A stretch of 64,000 nucleotides of DNA, taken from positions 1,135-65,134 of IMG/VR virus record IMGVR_UViG_3300050498_000117; one strand, written 5' to 3'. Positions 48,110-57,400 of the stretch are shown here, in pieces (positions within the stretch are counted from its first letter, which is position 1; each line of letters opens with the position of its first letter). This stretch comes from a virus (Duplodnaviria; Caudoviricetes). The notes beneath the pieces are model-generated. The model searched no databases and was not told where the DNA came from. It worked only from the letters and a program-made list of their open reading frames with translations. The position numbers and the translations under genes are program-made.

Positions 48110-48967
48110 TCAGTGACCGATCTTGGTGGCGTGCGCCGGGCTGGTCGGAGCAATCGCATCGACGTAGTCCGGGTCCAGCAGGAGCGCAGCCTCCGCGAAC
48201 GCCTCCGCGTCGCGGGCCTTCGCGTCGAGCTGGTCGATCTGGGCCTTCGCCTCGGCGGCAGCCTTGTCGGCGGCGCGCTTGTCCTTGCGGGCCTGCGCCG
48301 CGTCGACCTTCGCCTGAACGGCAGCGGCCTTGTTGGCTGCGCGGGTCGCGGCGGCGGTGACCTTACGGGCGCACTGCGCGGCGGTGGTGCAGGTCTTGGG
48401 ATGGGTGCAACCGGCCACCGTGACGATGATCTGCGCCGGGGCGGCGATGGCCTGCTCCTCGTTCTCCAGCTCGGTGAAGTCGACACCAATCGCGGTGGCG
48501 GCCCACTTGATGGCACCGACGGCGGCGACGGTGATCGCGAACACGGCCGCCTCGACAACCCAGCCGAGGTGGGCCAGCTCGATCGGCAGCGAGGCCAGCA
48601 CGTTGATGAGCATGCTGACCACGATCAGGCCGACGAAGACCCGGGTGGCGCGGCGCTTGGCTTCGTGCTTCATGGCCACGGTCTGCGCCTGGATCATCAT
48701 GGCGATCATGCCGAGGTCGAAGACACCCGGGATGAGCAGGCCAAGCTTGCCGACGATGGCGGCGAGGAACTCGGCCTGGTGGCCGTAGGTGGCGATGAGG
48801 CCAACGAACAGAACGACCGTGGTGATCAGGCCGACCCGCTCGATCGCCTTGACGGCGTTCGGAGCGGCTTTCTTCGATTGGATCCGACGGTACTCAGCGG
48901 CAGGGCTGACCACGTCAGCGGTGGCGGCCTGGGCGATCTGGGCGACCTGACGGGCGAAGCGGAACAT
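48110..48967 (-). CDS. Multi-TM DUF2637/SpdA-like protein with coiled-coil tail
   Basis: Four TM helices, LLIPGVFD, SMLINV; resembles actinomycete plasmid spread proteins. Confidence 0.55.
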   Translation of the reverse strand: MFRFARQVAQIAQAATADVVSPAAEYRRIQSKKAAPNAVKAIERVGLITTVVLFVGLIATYGHQAEFLAAIVGKLGLLIPGVFDLGMIAMMIQAQTVAMKHEAKRRATRVFVGLIVVSMLINVLASLPIELAHLGWVVEAAVFAITVAAVGAIKWAATAIGVDFTELENEEQAIAAPAQIIVTVAGCTHPKTCTTAAQCARKVTAAATRAANKAAAVQAKVDAAQARKDKRAADKAAAEAKAQIDQLDAKARDAEAFAEAALLLDPDYVDAIAPTSPAHATKIGH

Positions 48968-49061
48968 GATGTGTCCTCCAAGGACTGGGACGGTTCCGGG
49001 TGCTGCTCGCGTGGGAGCACTCGGCGGAACCGAAGACTGTGGGGTGCCCGAACGGGCCCCG

Positions 49062-49137
49062 TGGAACGCGCCGGAATCGAACCGACCCCCTCCCGGGGGC
49101 TATCGCCCTCGGAGCACCACCAGGTGCTTTGCGTCCC
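49062..49137 (-). ncRNA. Anticodon-less tRNA-like RNA with alanine identity
   Basis: GGGACGC/GCGTTCC-A (G3:U70, A73), D-like hairpin, central stem capped by GATA tetraloop, T arm GTCGG-TTCGATT-CCGGC. Confidence 0.7.
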
Positions 49138-49305
49138 GTGTACCGATTTTCTCCAGCGAGCGCCTTGTCTAGGGGCTTCCGGTTGACTGTGGTCTCGGCT
49201 ACAGGCGGTCAGTGGATTTCGGTATCCGGGGTTCGCTCCCCCGGCCTTCCCCTGCCGTTTCCCCTGTGCGTCCGTGTCCCGGCTCGGTCTGGAGTTGTGT
49301 CTTGC

Positions 49306-49420
49306 TGTCTTGCTTTCCTATACAGTGTAACCCGCTTACCCTGACTGTCAAGCCCTGTATTGCTGTGAACTACATCACACCTTGACAGACTCAGTAAGCT
49401 GTGTATGGTGACAACATACA
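49306..49420. promoter_or_regulatory. Divergent promoters with operators
   Basis: + TTGACA-N16-TATGGT with perfect operator 49402-49420; - TTGACA-N16-TACACT with degenerate operators. Confidence 0.85.
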
Positions 49421-49446
49421 GCACGGCCACAAGGAAGGACACACCC

Positions 49447-49659
49447 ATGAGCCGGCTACAGGAACTGATCAACGCACTACACAGGCAAGGCTTCACCCTC
49501 CGCCACAGCGGATCCGGCCACTACCAGGTACGCAACGCCGACGGCCAGGCGGTAGGGGCCCTGCCATGCAGCCCCTCGGATCATCGCAGCCTGAAGAACG
49601 CCGTAACGGCCCTGCGGAAGGGAGGGTTCGTCTGGGACCCCAAGCACGGCAGCAAGTAG
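49447..49659 (+). CDS. HicA-like toxin-fold protein
   Basis: LINALHRQGF....GSGHYQV......PSD.R...N...LRK.G. Confidence 0.75.
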   Translation: MSRLQELINALHRQGFTLRHSGSGHYQVRNADGQAVGALPCSPSDHRSLKNAVTALRKGGFVWDPKHGSK

Positions 49660-49720
49660 GCAGCTAGGATCGACGCAGCGGCCCGGAGGCCAAGCCTCCG
49701 GGCCGCTGCCTTGTACCCCG

Positions 49721-50161
49721 CTACCGTTTACGACCGTACACCGCAAGATGCTCCCGCAGCGATGCTGGGGAAACCCCCTCCGGCTCCCCGTACATGGCGA
49801 CCCGCCGCAGCTTGCCCTGATCGCAGAGCTGATAGACCCGCTGCCGGGACACGTTGAGGATCGCGGCAGCGGCCATGTACGGGGTGACCGCACGGTGGTA
49901 GCCAATCGCGCAGGCAACCGCCTGCCCTGTACTCGTGTTCCAGAACTCGCGGGGCGGTTCGCTGCACGGGTACAGCGCCCCCATGAGCCGCTCAGCCGCC
50001 TCGACCCGGGTCTCCGGATCCTCGAGGAAGTCACCGAGTTGGGACACGGCGTGCACCAGTTCACTCCCGAGACCGAGTCGCCGGCCGAGGAGTCTCTCCA
50101 GCCGGTTCAGCAGGTCGTACGCCTCGACCGCGACCAGCCCAACATGCTCCGCTTTGTCCAT
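49721..50161 (-). CDS. HTH DNA-binding protein
   Basis: C-terminal YMAAAAILNVSRQRVYQLCDQGKL. Confidence 0.7.
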   Translation of the reverse strand: MDKAEHVGLVAVEAYDLLNRLERLLGRRLGLGSELVHAVSQLGDFLEDPETRVEAAERLMGALYPCSEPPREFWNTSTGQAVACAIGYHRAVTPYMAAAAILNVSRQRVYQLCDQGKLRRVAMYGEPEGVSPASLREHLAVYGRKR

Positions 50162-50613
50162 CTACTCTCCCTCGTCCAGATCTTGTACGTGGTCTAGGCA
50201 GGTGAAGCCCCCATGTCCGTCGGGGATGGTGCCGGGCCGCCGGCAGCGCAGGCAGCGCGGCGGGAGGTCCGTGTGTTGTGCAGCGCGTGCCGCCCGGCGC
50301 GCGTGCGCCGGGCGGTTGGCACCTTGCTTCACATGCTTGGTCACGCGACTACCTCCCAGCCCTCTGCGTTGTCTGGCAGACACTTACAGTCTGCATTGCC
50401 CTTACTCCCGTTGTCAAGTATCCTGTCCGTACGGGACATACAGAGAGGGGTGAAGGGTGCGGGACTGGGACAACGAAGACGACCGACCCGAGATCAACCT
50501 GCCGGGCTGCGCTGAAGTCATCTTGCGGTGGATGGGGAGGGTGTTGCTGACCGCAGCGGTCGTCCTGTGCCTGTACGAAGCCGTGCGGATACTCGCACGG
50601 TGGTGAAACATCA

Positions 50614-50649
50614 GGAAGGGGAGTCCCGCTAGCTCGGGACTCCCCTTCC
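50614..50649. terminator. Terminator hairpin
   Basis: Perfect 15-bp stem GGAAGGGGAGTCCCG/CGGGACTCCCCTTCC. Confidence 0.8.
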
Positions 50650-50679
50650 GTGTCTCCCCCCACGGGAACGCGCCTCAGC

Positions 50680-50838
50680 CTACTTCGGCAAGACCTTCCC
50701 TGCGCGCCCGCTGCGTGCCAGCGCCACCCGGGCGGACGTCTCGTCCACGTAGGCCGTCGACACGGTGCCATCGTTGAACTTGATCACGAACTGGGCGCCA
50801 GCCGTCGCCTGCGCCCCCTTGCTACCGCAGCCGCACAT
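50680..50838 (-). CDS. Small MCGCG-type protein after protease
   Basis: Manual translation MCGCGSKGAQATAGAQFVIKFNDG...; not in ORF track. Confidence 0.65.
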   Translation of the reverse strand: MCGCGSKGAQATAGAQFVIKFNDGTVSTAYVDETSARVALARSGRAGKVLPK

Positions 50839-50841
50839 AGC

Positions 50842-53010
50842 TCACTCCATCCCCACCAGCAGGGCCTGCCGCTTCGCGGCTCGCTCCTGCTGCTCCAGGG
50901 TACGGAACTCCTCCGTCAGTTCGCGGTAGACAGCGCGGCGCCGCTTCCGCTTCCGCGCGAACTCGTCCTCCTCGGTGATCTTCTCCGCCAGTCCCCGCAC
51001 CACATCAAGGCTGCGGGTCGCCTCGGTGAGGAGCTGCCGCAGCCCACCCGCATCCACCGCGAGCGGCTCCTCCTCGACCACCACAAGACCCTTCGGCATC
51101 GCGCCGGCCGCCACGAGTGAGGTCTGAAGCCCGGAGGTGACGTGCGCGCGGGGCGCCGGGAACGCGGGAGCTGTAGTGGAGACAGCCATCACCTCCACCA
51201 GCGACAGCTCCCGGCCGTCATGGCGCCAATCGCCGGACACGCCGCGCTCCAACACAGGCGCCAGGTCCACCTCGGCCACCGGCACACCCGACACCCAGAT
51301 CCCGTGCGCGTCCTTACCCGCCCGCGCGTACGCGAACGTAGTGAGCTGGTCGTAGTGGCGAATCGTCGCGGCCAGGTTCAACCAGCCGCAGGCGTGGTCG
51401 TCGGAGTCACACGGTGGGGTGTGGGATGTGCAGGTACGAGCGAACCTGCCGTACCCCACCGTGAGCCGTCCCGCCTTGACCCAACCCTCAGCCGTGTCCA
51501 CGGCGTAACGGTGGAACTCGCTGAAGTTCTCACCCTCCGGCGGGGTGACGCACACCCGGTATTCGCTGTGGCAGACACCCCACGCGGCGATGTGCCCCTT
51601 CAGCCGTCCCTCGTCGGTGAGGCGCAGCGGGGTGTACTGGTCCAGCTTCGGGTCGGTGAACCATGCCTCGGGCGGGCCCATCTCGGCGGCGGCGGTGACG
51701 GCGCCACGCCGACGAGCGTCACGGCGGTTCCGCGCCCGCTTCCGCGCCCGCTGCGCCTCAACGCCAATCGCGTCCTCCAGCTCCATCAGGAACCGCAAGT
51801 GAATCCGCAGGGTGCTCAACTGCGTGTCCAGGTTGTCCATGGTGTTGGTGTCGCCGCGTTCCTCCGCCGCGTCCAGCCGGTCGATCAGCTCATCCTCTTC
51901 GATCCGGGCGGTATCGATGTTCTCCCGAACCCAGCCCTGAACCTTCGCCGGCTTGTCCCCGTTGCGGAGCATGTCCTTAGCGCGGTCGTACGTGTGGCCG
52001 CTGCCCACCGGAGGAGTCATCTTGATCTCTCGGGCGATGTCCGGTCCCAGGTTGATCCGCCGGCCATGGTCCTTCTGATCATGAAGACCCTGGAGGTGGA
52101 ACTGATCGCAGCCGCAGCCCTCCGAGGCGACGTCCTCTACGCCCAGCTCCAGCGCCATCGCGGCCTCGTCGGGTTCCTCGAACAGCTCGAAGTTGACCTC
52201 CGCGAAGGCCGGGATGGCGACGAGTGTGGCGCCGGAGATTCGGCCCTGGGTGATCACGAACTGGCTGGGCTTACACCCGTCATGCTCCGTGCAGTGCTGC
52301 AACGGATCGAACTTCTCCCCGGAGACCGGCTCGCGGATCTCGAAGGTGACATCGTCCAGATCAACAGACGGCTTTGCTACACCCGCCTTCGCCAGCTCCT
52401 GCGCGCGTTCCACCTCGGGCACGATGCCCATGTCCAACCAGTCGCCGATGGCGAAGATCTCGCCCTCACGGATGTCGATCTCGGTGATCCGCCCGACCGT
52501 GACCGAAGACGAATGCCCCTCGCCGGTCTCCAACTGGAACAGCAGAGGCAGCGGAAGGTCCCGGTGCGAGATGCTGCCCGGGGCGAAGATCCGCCGGTCC
52601 CCGGTGACCTTATCGATCGGGGCCAGCGTCGACCTCCAGCGCTTCACCATAGGCACCAACGCACGCTCCTCCGCGTCGTCGTCATCGACGGACAGGGCGT
52701 ACTCGTCATCGTCGTCGACAGGAACGCAGGTGCCGTCCCGCAGCTCCTGCCCGGGGGGGCACTTCCGCGCCAGCTCCTCAGGATCCATCGCATGCCCCTT
52801 TCCGGGTGGCTTGCCTAGCGCGCGGGTGTGGAGCCGGTTACACAGGCCCTCAGGGTTCTTCGGGAAATACTTGCGGAGGTTCCGGACGCACCGGTCGAAG
52901 TCGCCGTCGGTGCCCCAGCGGATCTTCTTCGCGCCCTTCCCGTGCACCCAATACTCGATCAACTGCTGCGGCATCGTGCCGGGCACAAACAGGTCGATGG
53001 GTGCGGTCAC
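50842..53010 (-). CDS. Capsid maturation protease (multidomain)
   Basis: GDRRIF..., VTVGRI, PSVDLD, ATLVAIPAF; C-terminal GHIAAWGVCH domain of cluster-B type. Confidence 0.8.
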   Translation of the reverse strand: MTAPIDLFVPGTMPQQLIEYWVHGKGAKKIRWGTDGDFDRCVRNLRKYFPKNPEGLCNRLHTRALGKPPGKGHAMDPEELARKCPPGQELRDGTCVPVDDDDEYALSVDDDDAEERALVPMVKRWRSTLAPIDKVTGDRRIFAPGSISHRDLPLPLLFQLETGEGHSSSVTVGRITEIDIREGEIFAIGDWLDMGIVPEVERAQELAKAGVAKPSVDLDDVTFEIREPVSGEKFDPLQHCTEHDGCKPSQFVITQGRISGATLVAIPAFAEVNFELFEEPDEAAMALELGVEDVASEGCGCDQFHLQGLHDQKDHGRRINLGPDIAREIKMTPPVGSGHTYDRAKDMLRNGDKPAKVQGWVRENIDTARIEEDELIDRLDAAEERGDTNTMDNLDTQLSTLRIHLRFLMELEDAIGVEAQRARKRARNRRDARRRGAVTAAAEMGPPEAWFTDPKLDQYTPLRLTDEGRLKGHIAAWGVCHSEYRVCVTPPEGENFSEFHRYAVDTAEGWVKAGRLTVGYGRFARTCTSHTPPCDSDDHACGWLNLAATIRHYDQLTTFAYARAGKDAHGIWVSGVPVAEVDLAPVLERGVSGDWRHDGRELSLVEVMAVSTTAPAFPAPRAHVTSGLQTSLVAAGAMPKGLVVVEEEPLAVDAGGLRQLLTEATRSLDVVRGLAEKITEEDEFARKRKRRRAVYRELTEEFRTLEQQERAAKRQALLVGME

Positions 53011-53012
53011 AG

Positions 53013-53300
53013 CTACTCCTGAGCGAGGTCCGGCGGGTTGACTACGTTCTCCGGACGCGGGACCGAGCCGGCCCGGCCGGTCCGGCTGCGGATGCCAGCA
53101 CGAACCGCGCTGTCCTTGGCCGCGACGAGCTGATTGATGGCCGTGGTCAGCTCGGGGCTGTCCGTCTCGATCTCGGCGAGGATGGCCACCGCCGCGTCAT
53201 AGAACGGCTTACTAAACGGCTGGAGCGCCTCAGGCAGGTGGTCGTACGCGAGCCACGACAGTCCATCCCGCACACCCGGGTACCGATGATCGAGATTCAC
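53013..53300 (-). CDS. Small helical-hairpin phage protein
   Basis: AYDHLPEALQPFSKPF...PELTTAINQLVAAKDSAVRA. Confidence 0.7.
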   Translation of the reverse strand: MNLDHRYPGVRDGLSWLAYDHLPEALQPFSKPFYDAAVAILAEIETDSPELTTAINQLVAAKDSAVRAGIRSRTGRAGSVPRPENVVNPPDLAQE

Positions 53301-54181
53301 GCGTTGATCCCTTCGTCTCGTGCCCTGATGATCCCACGCGCGGCCCGCGCCTCGACCTCCGCTGTGGTTTCGGATGCAGCCTTCCACCCCCGGTTAGCCA
53401 TGTCCACGTTCTCCCCGGGCTCGACGACGAGCATGGTGCACCGGCACTGGATCCGTTCAGCCGCCGGCAGGGTCGGGTCGCCCGGGAACAGGGCTGAGGC
53501 GCCACCGACGCTGAACACTCCGTCGAGCGCGGCGCGCTGCCCGTCGGCGATGAAGTGACTGTCGCGGGTACGCGGATCCATCGTCGCTAGCCAAACCTTC
53601 TCCAGCGGCTCGCCCAGCTCGTCCTCGAGGATCTGGAACGCGTCGTAGCTGCCGCCGTTGTAGGCGGACAGGGACTCGGTGCGTGCCACCACCACCGCCC
53701 TGTTCCGCCACCGCTCGCTGTCTGTAGACAGGAGGGTGGCGTCGATCCGGTCCGCCAGCTCCGGGATGCCTTCCCCGGCGTTGATGCCGTCGTCAAGCTC
53801 GCGGCGGATCAGCCCGAACACCTCATCCGGTGTCCGCACCATCCTGTTACGGACTTCCTCGAGGTGCCGCTGCACGTACGGCCGGGCGGAGAACGGCACG
53901 CTTTCGCCCGCGACCCGCTGGTAGGCGTTGCGGAGAACCCAGGTGACACCTCCGGTCAGGAAGTCCGTCAGCAGCCGCCCAAAGCGGATGAGCCCGGAGA
54001 ACACCCCGAACGGGTCGATGATCCGCCAAGCCGGTCGGAGGACAGCTCCCCGCACCGCGTCGAAGAACCCATCCATGAGCCGGATGTAGTCCTCGTAGAC
54101 CTTCCGCTCACCTTGGATGAGGAAGCCCAGCGCGGCCATCCTGTCCGGCAGCCACAGGTCTTCACCGAGACCTTCGGGCAT
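53297..54181 (-). CDS. MuF (SPP1 gp7-like) head morphogenesis protein
   Basis: VVARTE, KVWLATMDPRTRDSH...DGQ, FPGDP, IQCRC. Confidence 0.9.
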   Translation of the reverse strand: MPEGLGEDLWLPDRMAALGFLIQGERKVYEDYIRLMDGFFDAVRGAVLRPAWRIIDPFGVFSGLIRFGRLLTDFLTGGVTWVLRNAYQRVAGESVPFSARPYVQRHLEEVRNRMVRTPDEVFGLIRRELDDGINAGEGIPELADRIDATLLSTDSERWRNRAVVVARTESLSAYNGGSYDAFQILEDELGEPLEKVWLATMDPRTRDSHFIADGQRAALDGVFSVGGASALFPGDPTLPAAERIQCRCTMLVVEPGENVDMANRGWKAASETTAEVEARAARGIIRARDEGINA

Positions 54182-54183
54182 GG

Positions 54184-54411
54184 CTACACCTGACCATCCG
54201 GCATGTCCATTGGGTCACCCCAGGACTCCTGCGGCAGGTCGGTCTCCAGCTCGACGATCCTGTCCTTGATCTCCTGCGGCAACGCGTCCCAGGTCAGATA
54301 CTTGTCAAACGCTGCCCGTAGTTCCATCCGGTCCTGCGGGTGGACGTCGTGCATGCCGAACAACGCGGTAAGCCGCTGCTCCAGGTCAATCTCTGCCGGG
54401 GTAGTCATCAC
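54184..54411 (-). CDS. Small acidic protein after ART-like domain (candidate immunity/partner)
   Basis: Overlaps portal-fusion stop; 75 aa. Confidence 0.55.
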   Translation of the reverse strand: MMTTPAEIDLEQRLTALFGMHDVHPQDRMELRAAFDKYLTWDALPQEIKDRIVELETDLPQESWGDPMDMPDGQV

Positions 54412-57400
54412 GCCTCCTGGACGATCATCACCGAACGGTTCAGGACGTTGAACGCCTCATGCCCTTGACGCGGAACGGCAGCGTTAGAACCGGGGTAACC
54501 GTAACGAATCCGGATCGCGTCGTGTCCGCGCGCCGCCGCGTACCGGCCTTCGTCGTACAAGGTGCCTTCCTCGTAGACGCCCTTCGCCTTCGATCGCGGT
54601 GCACTGGCGGCGTGGGCCTCCCGTTCGATGGTGGCAATCTTCGCGATCTTGGCGTCTTTAGGGATGAGCGCCCGGACAACGCTGCCAACCGTGCCGTCCG
54701 AGTAGTTCTTTGCCACCCGTTCATCCGTCGCGAAGTAGTAGCCGTTACCGAACATGCCCAACCCGTAGTAGGCAGCGCCAGTGCGGAACTCCTCATGGAT
54801 GTCGGCGGCAGACTTGGTCTGCGACACGGCGCCGCCCCGCCCGGCGCGGTAGCCATGAACTCCCGTCGCTCCTCTGACACCCCGGAACACTTCGATGTAG
54901 TCGCCCGTCGCGAGCAGCCGGTCAAACTCCGCCCGGTCCACGACAGTGGGTGTCTCGTCGAAGCCCTGCATAGCACCGATGGCGGCGAGCCGGCCGTCTG
55001 CCGTCTTGCCGTCGAAGTTCACCCGTGCGTGTTTGATGTCCTGCCGCAGCTTGTCCTTAGCCGCCTTGTCCGGCATCAGGTCAGTAGCGCGGGACACCTT
55101 GTGAGGCTTCTTCGGCTTAGCTGGAGCAGCAGGGGTAACGGTGGTCTGGCCGGGCACTAGGCGCGGTGGGCGAGTAGTGGGCCCGCCCCACGTGTTGGGG
55201 CGACCTGGGGCTGTGGTTACGGCGCTCGTGGGGAACAGGGTCATGACGTTTCCCTGAAGCTGCCCGCCGGCTAGCGGCCTGAGTAGCTTCCCCCCACTGT
55301 CCAGCGCATCAATCTCTGCCCGGGTCATCCACTTCGCGTCGGCTGTCTCCAGTCGTGCATGGTGTGAGGACAGGTCCGGCGTCAACTGCGTGTCGACAGT
55401 TGCGGCGATGGAGGTGTAGGACCAGCCACCGGGGATGGAGGTCTCGTGGGTGCCATGAACCCGCGCCTTCTGAAGGTCGCGGGTCTTGAAACCCAGTTCC
55501 TCGACTACCTCACGGGCGCCACCCGTGTATGGATTCTCGTTTTCGTCTTGCGCGCCGCCGGGGAACTGCCACTTACCTGGGTCGCTGATCCCAGGGCCGC
55601 GCTGCACCATCAAGAACCGTTCGGTTCCGTCAGCCGGGTCGACATGGCGAAGCAGGATGCCACTGGCGCCGTACTGACCCCAAGGTCCGGTACCGCCGCC
55701 CGGTGTACGGAACCAGCCGTCACCGCTCCTGCCGCGTTTGCTGGCCGGCATGACAGTCAACAACCCGGCCGTACCGTTCGGATCGGCCACCAGGGTCTGG
55801 CCCGCGCCGGCACCCGCAGGCGGGTAGACGGCCTGCGAGCTGACTTGTCCCGCCGGGGTACCGGGAGGGGTGAACCGGTCGATCAGCTTTTGCGCTCGGG
55901 TGGTGGAGGCGGAGCTGCGGGACGTTGTCGCGATGTACGCCAAGTCACCGAGGAGGGTCGACTGTTCGGCCGGGCTGAGACCTGCGTACTGGGTGCGGCG
56001 TAGCTTGGCGTAGACAGTGAGCTGTCGGGCCGCCGTGCCAGCCTTGGGGTCACGGCCGTAGATCACGTCCCGGGCGGCATCGAGCGCGGGATCGGGTTTA
56101 GTGCTGGGGGGGACTGGTGCCCAAGGGGAAGCCGTAGCGGCTGGTGGTACGCGGGCAGCCTTTCGGGGCGCAGCCTTCTTCGCTACCGGCGCGGGGACGG
56201 GTGGCGGGGTTGGGATCGCAGGAACAGCCTTCTTCTTACGGCCATGATCTGCCTGGTTATGCCTACCGGGAAGGTGGAACGCCTCCAGGAAGGTAGGAGT
56301 CACCCTCGTCGTGGCCGGTAGACCATCGTTAGAACGAAAGGGGGCCCCACCTGCTCGGTTACGGTGCAGCGCGAAGGTCGACTTGCCGGACCTGGCGGGG
56401 ATGACCGCACTGCCGGGCAGCTCCTCCGCCTTACTGAGCAGGGTCCGCAAGCTGTCGGCAAGCTGCTCGCCGTCTTCACGGTCGAGGCTGATCGGGTAGC
56501 CCAGCGGAGTCGCCACTACGAAGCTGCCGTCGGTAAGGAGGCTGACACCCAGGTCGTCGGTGATGTCTTCGCCGTCGAGTACGTCGGCGTCGTCCGGATC
56601 CACGTCTTCGTCGGGCAGCTCGACCTTCATCAGCTTCTCGACGGCCTCTGCGAGATCCTCAGCCTCACCGAGGGTCAGCGTCGGCGGGTCCGATACGACG
56701 CCTCCCTCGAGGATCTGGATTGTGTGGTCGGTCATGAGCGACAGGTCGACGTTGCCCGCACCTACGGTTTCAAACTCCTGAGGCGGGTTGTTGTCCCGGA
56801 GCGCCGTCAGGTTGTCGATCATGTTGTCGAGGCCCTCTTCGTCGAGGTCCAGCTCCAGGAAGTCCGGGTCGTCGTTGGTGTGCTTCGCTGTCGGGATGCC
56901 TACGGTGATAGCCGGCCCGATCCCGTCCTCGTCGTCGGGGTCGTCCGGGTCGGCGGTGTAGACCTGCTTCTGGCTGATTGCCAGATAGATAGGGCCGCCT
57001 TCGGTTTGCACAATCGTGTCGTCGATGAGGCCCACGTCTGCCGTTTCGTCCCGCTTGCGCCAGAGCGCGAACGCCGCGTCGTCGATCTTTTCGACGTCCC
57101 GGTAGGAGAAGTGGACGGTAGCGCCACCCTCGTTGCCGACACCAATGTCCATCGTGCCGTCTTCACGGATCGCGACGTACATGGTGCGGTCGTCGCCGCC
57201 GAGGGTGTCGAAGGAGACATCGTCGAGGACGTCGGCCAGGCGAGCAGCCTTACCGTGTTGCCCGTGGTCATCCTGCCGATGTTTCCCCGGCAGGTGGAAC
57301 ACCCCGTGGCCCGTGCTGCGGACCCGCATGGAGACCGACCGCCGACCGCGACAAACGCCGGGGTGTAGTGGGTTGTGACAGGTCCGGCCGCAGTCCCCAT

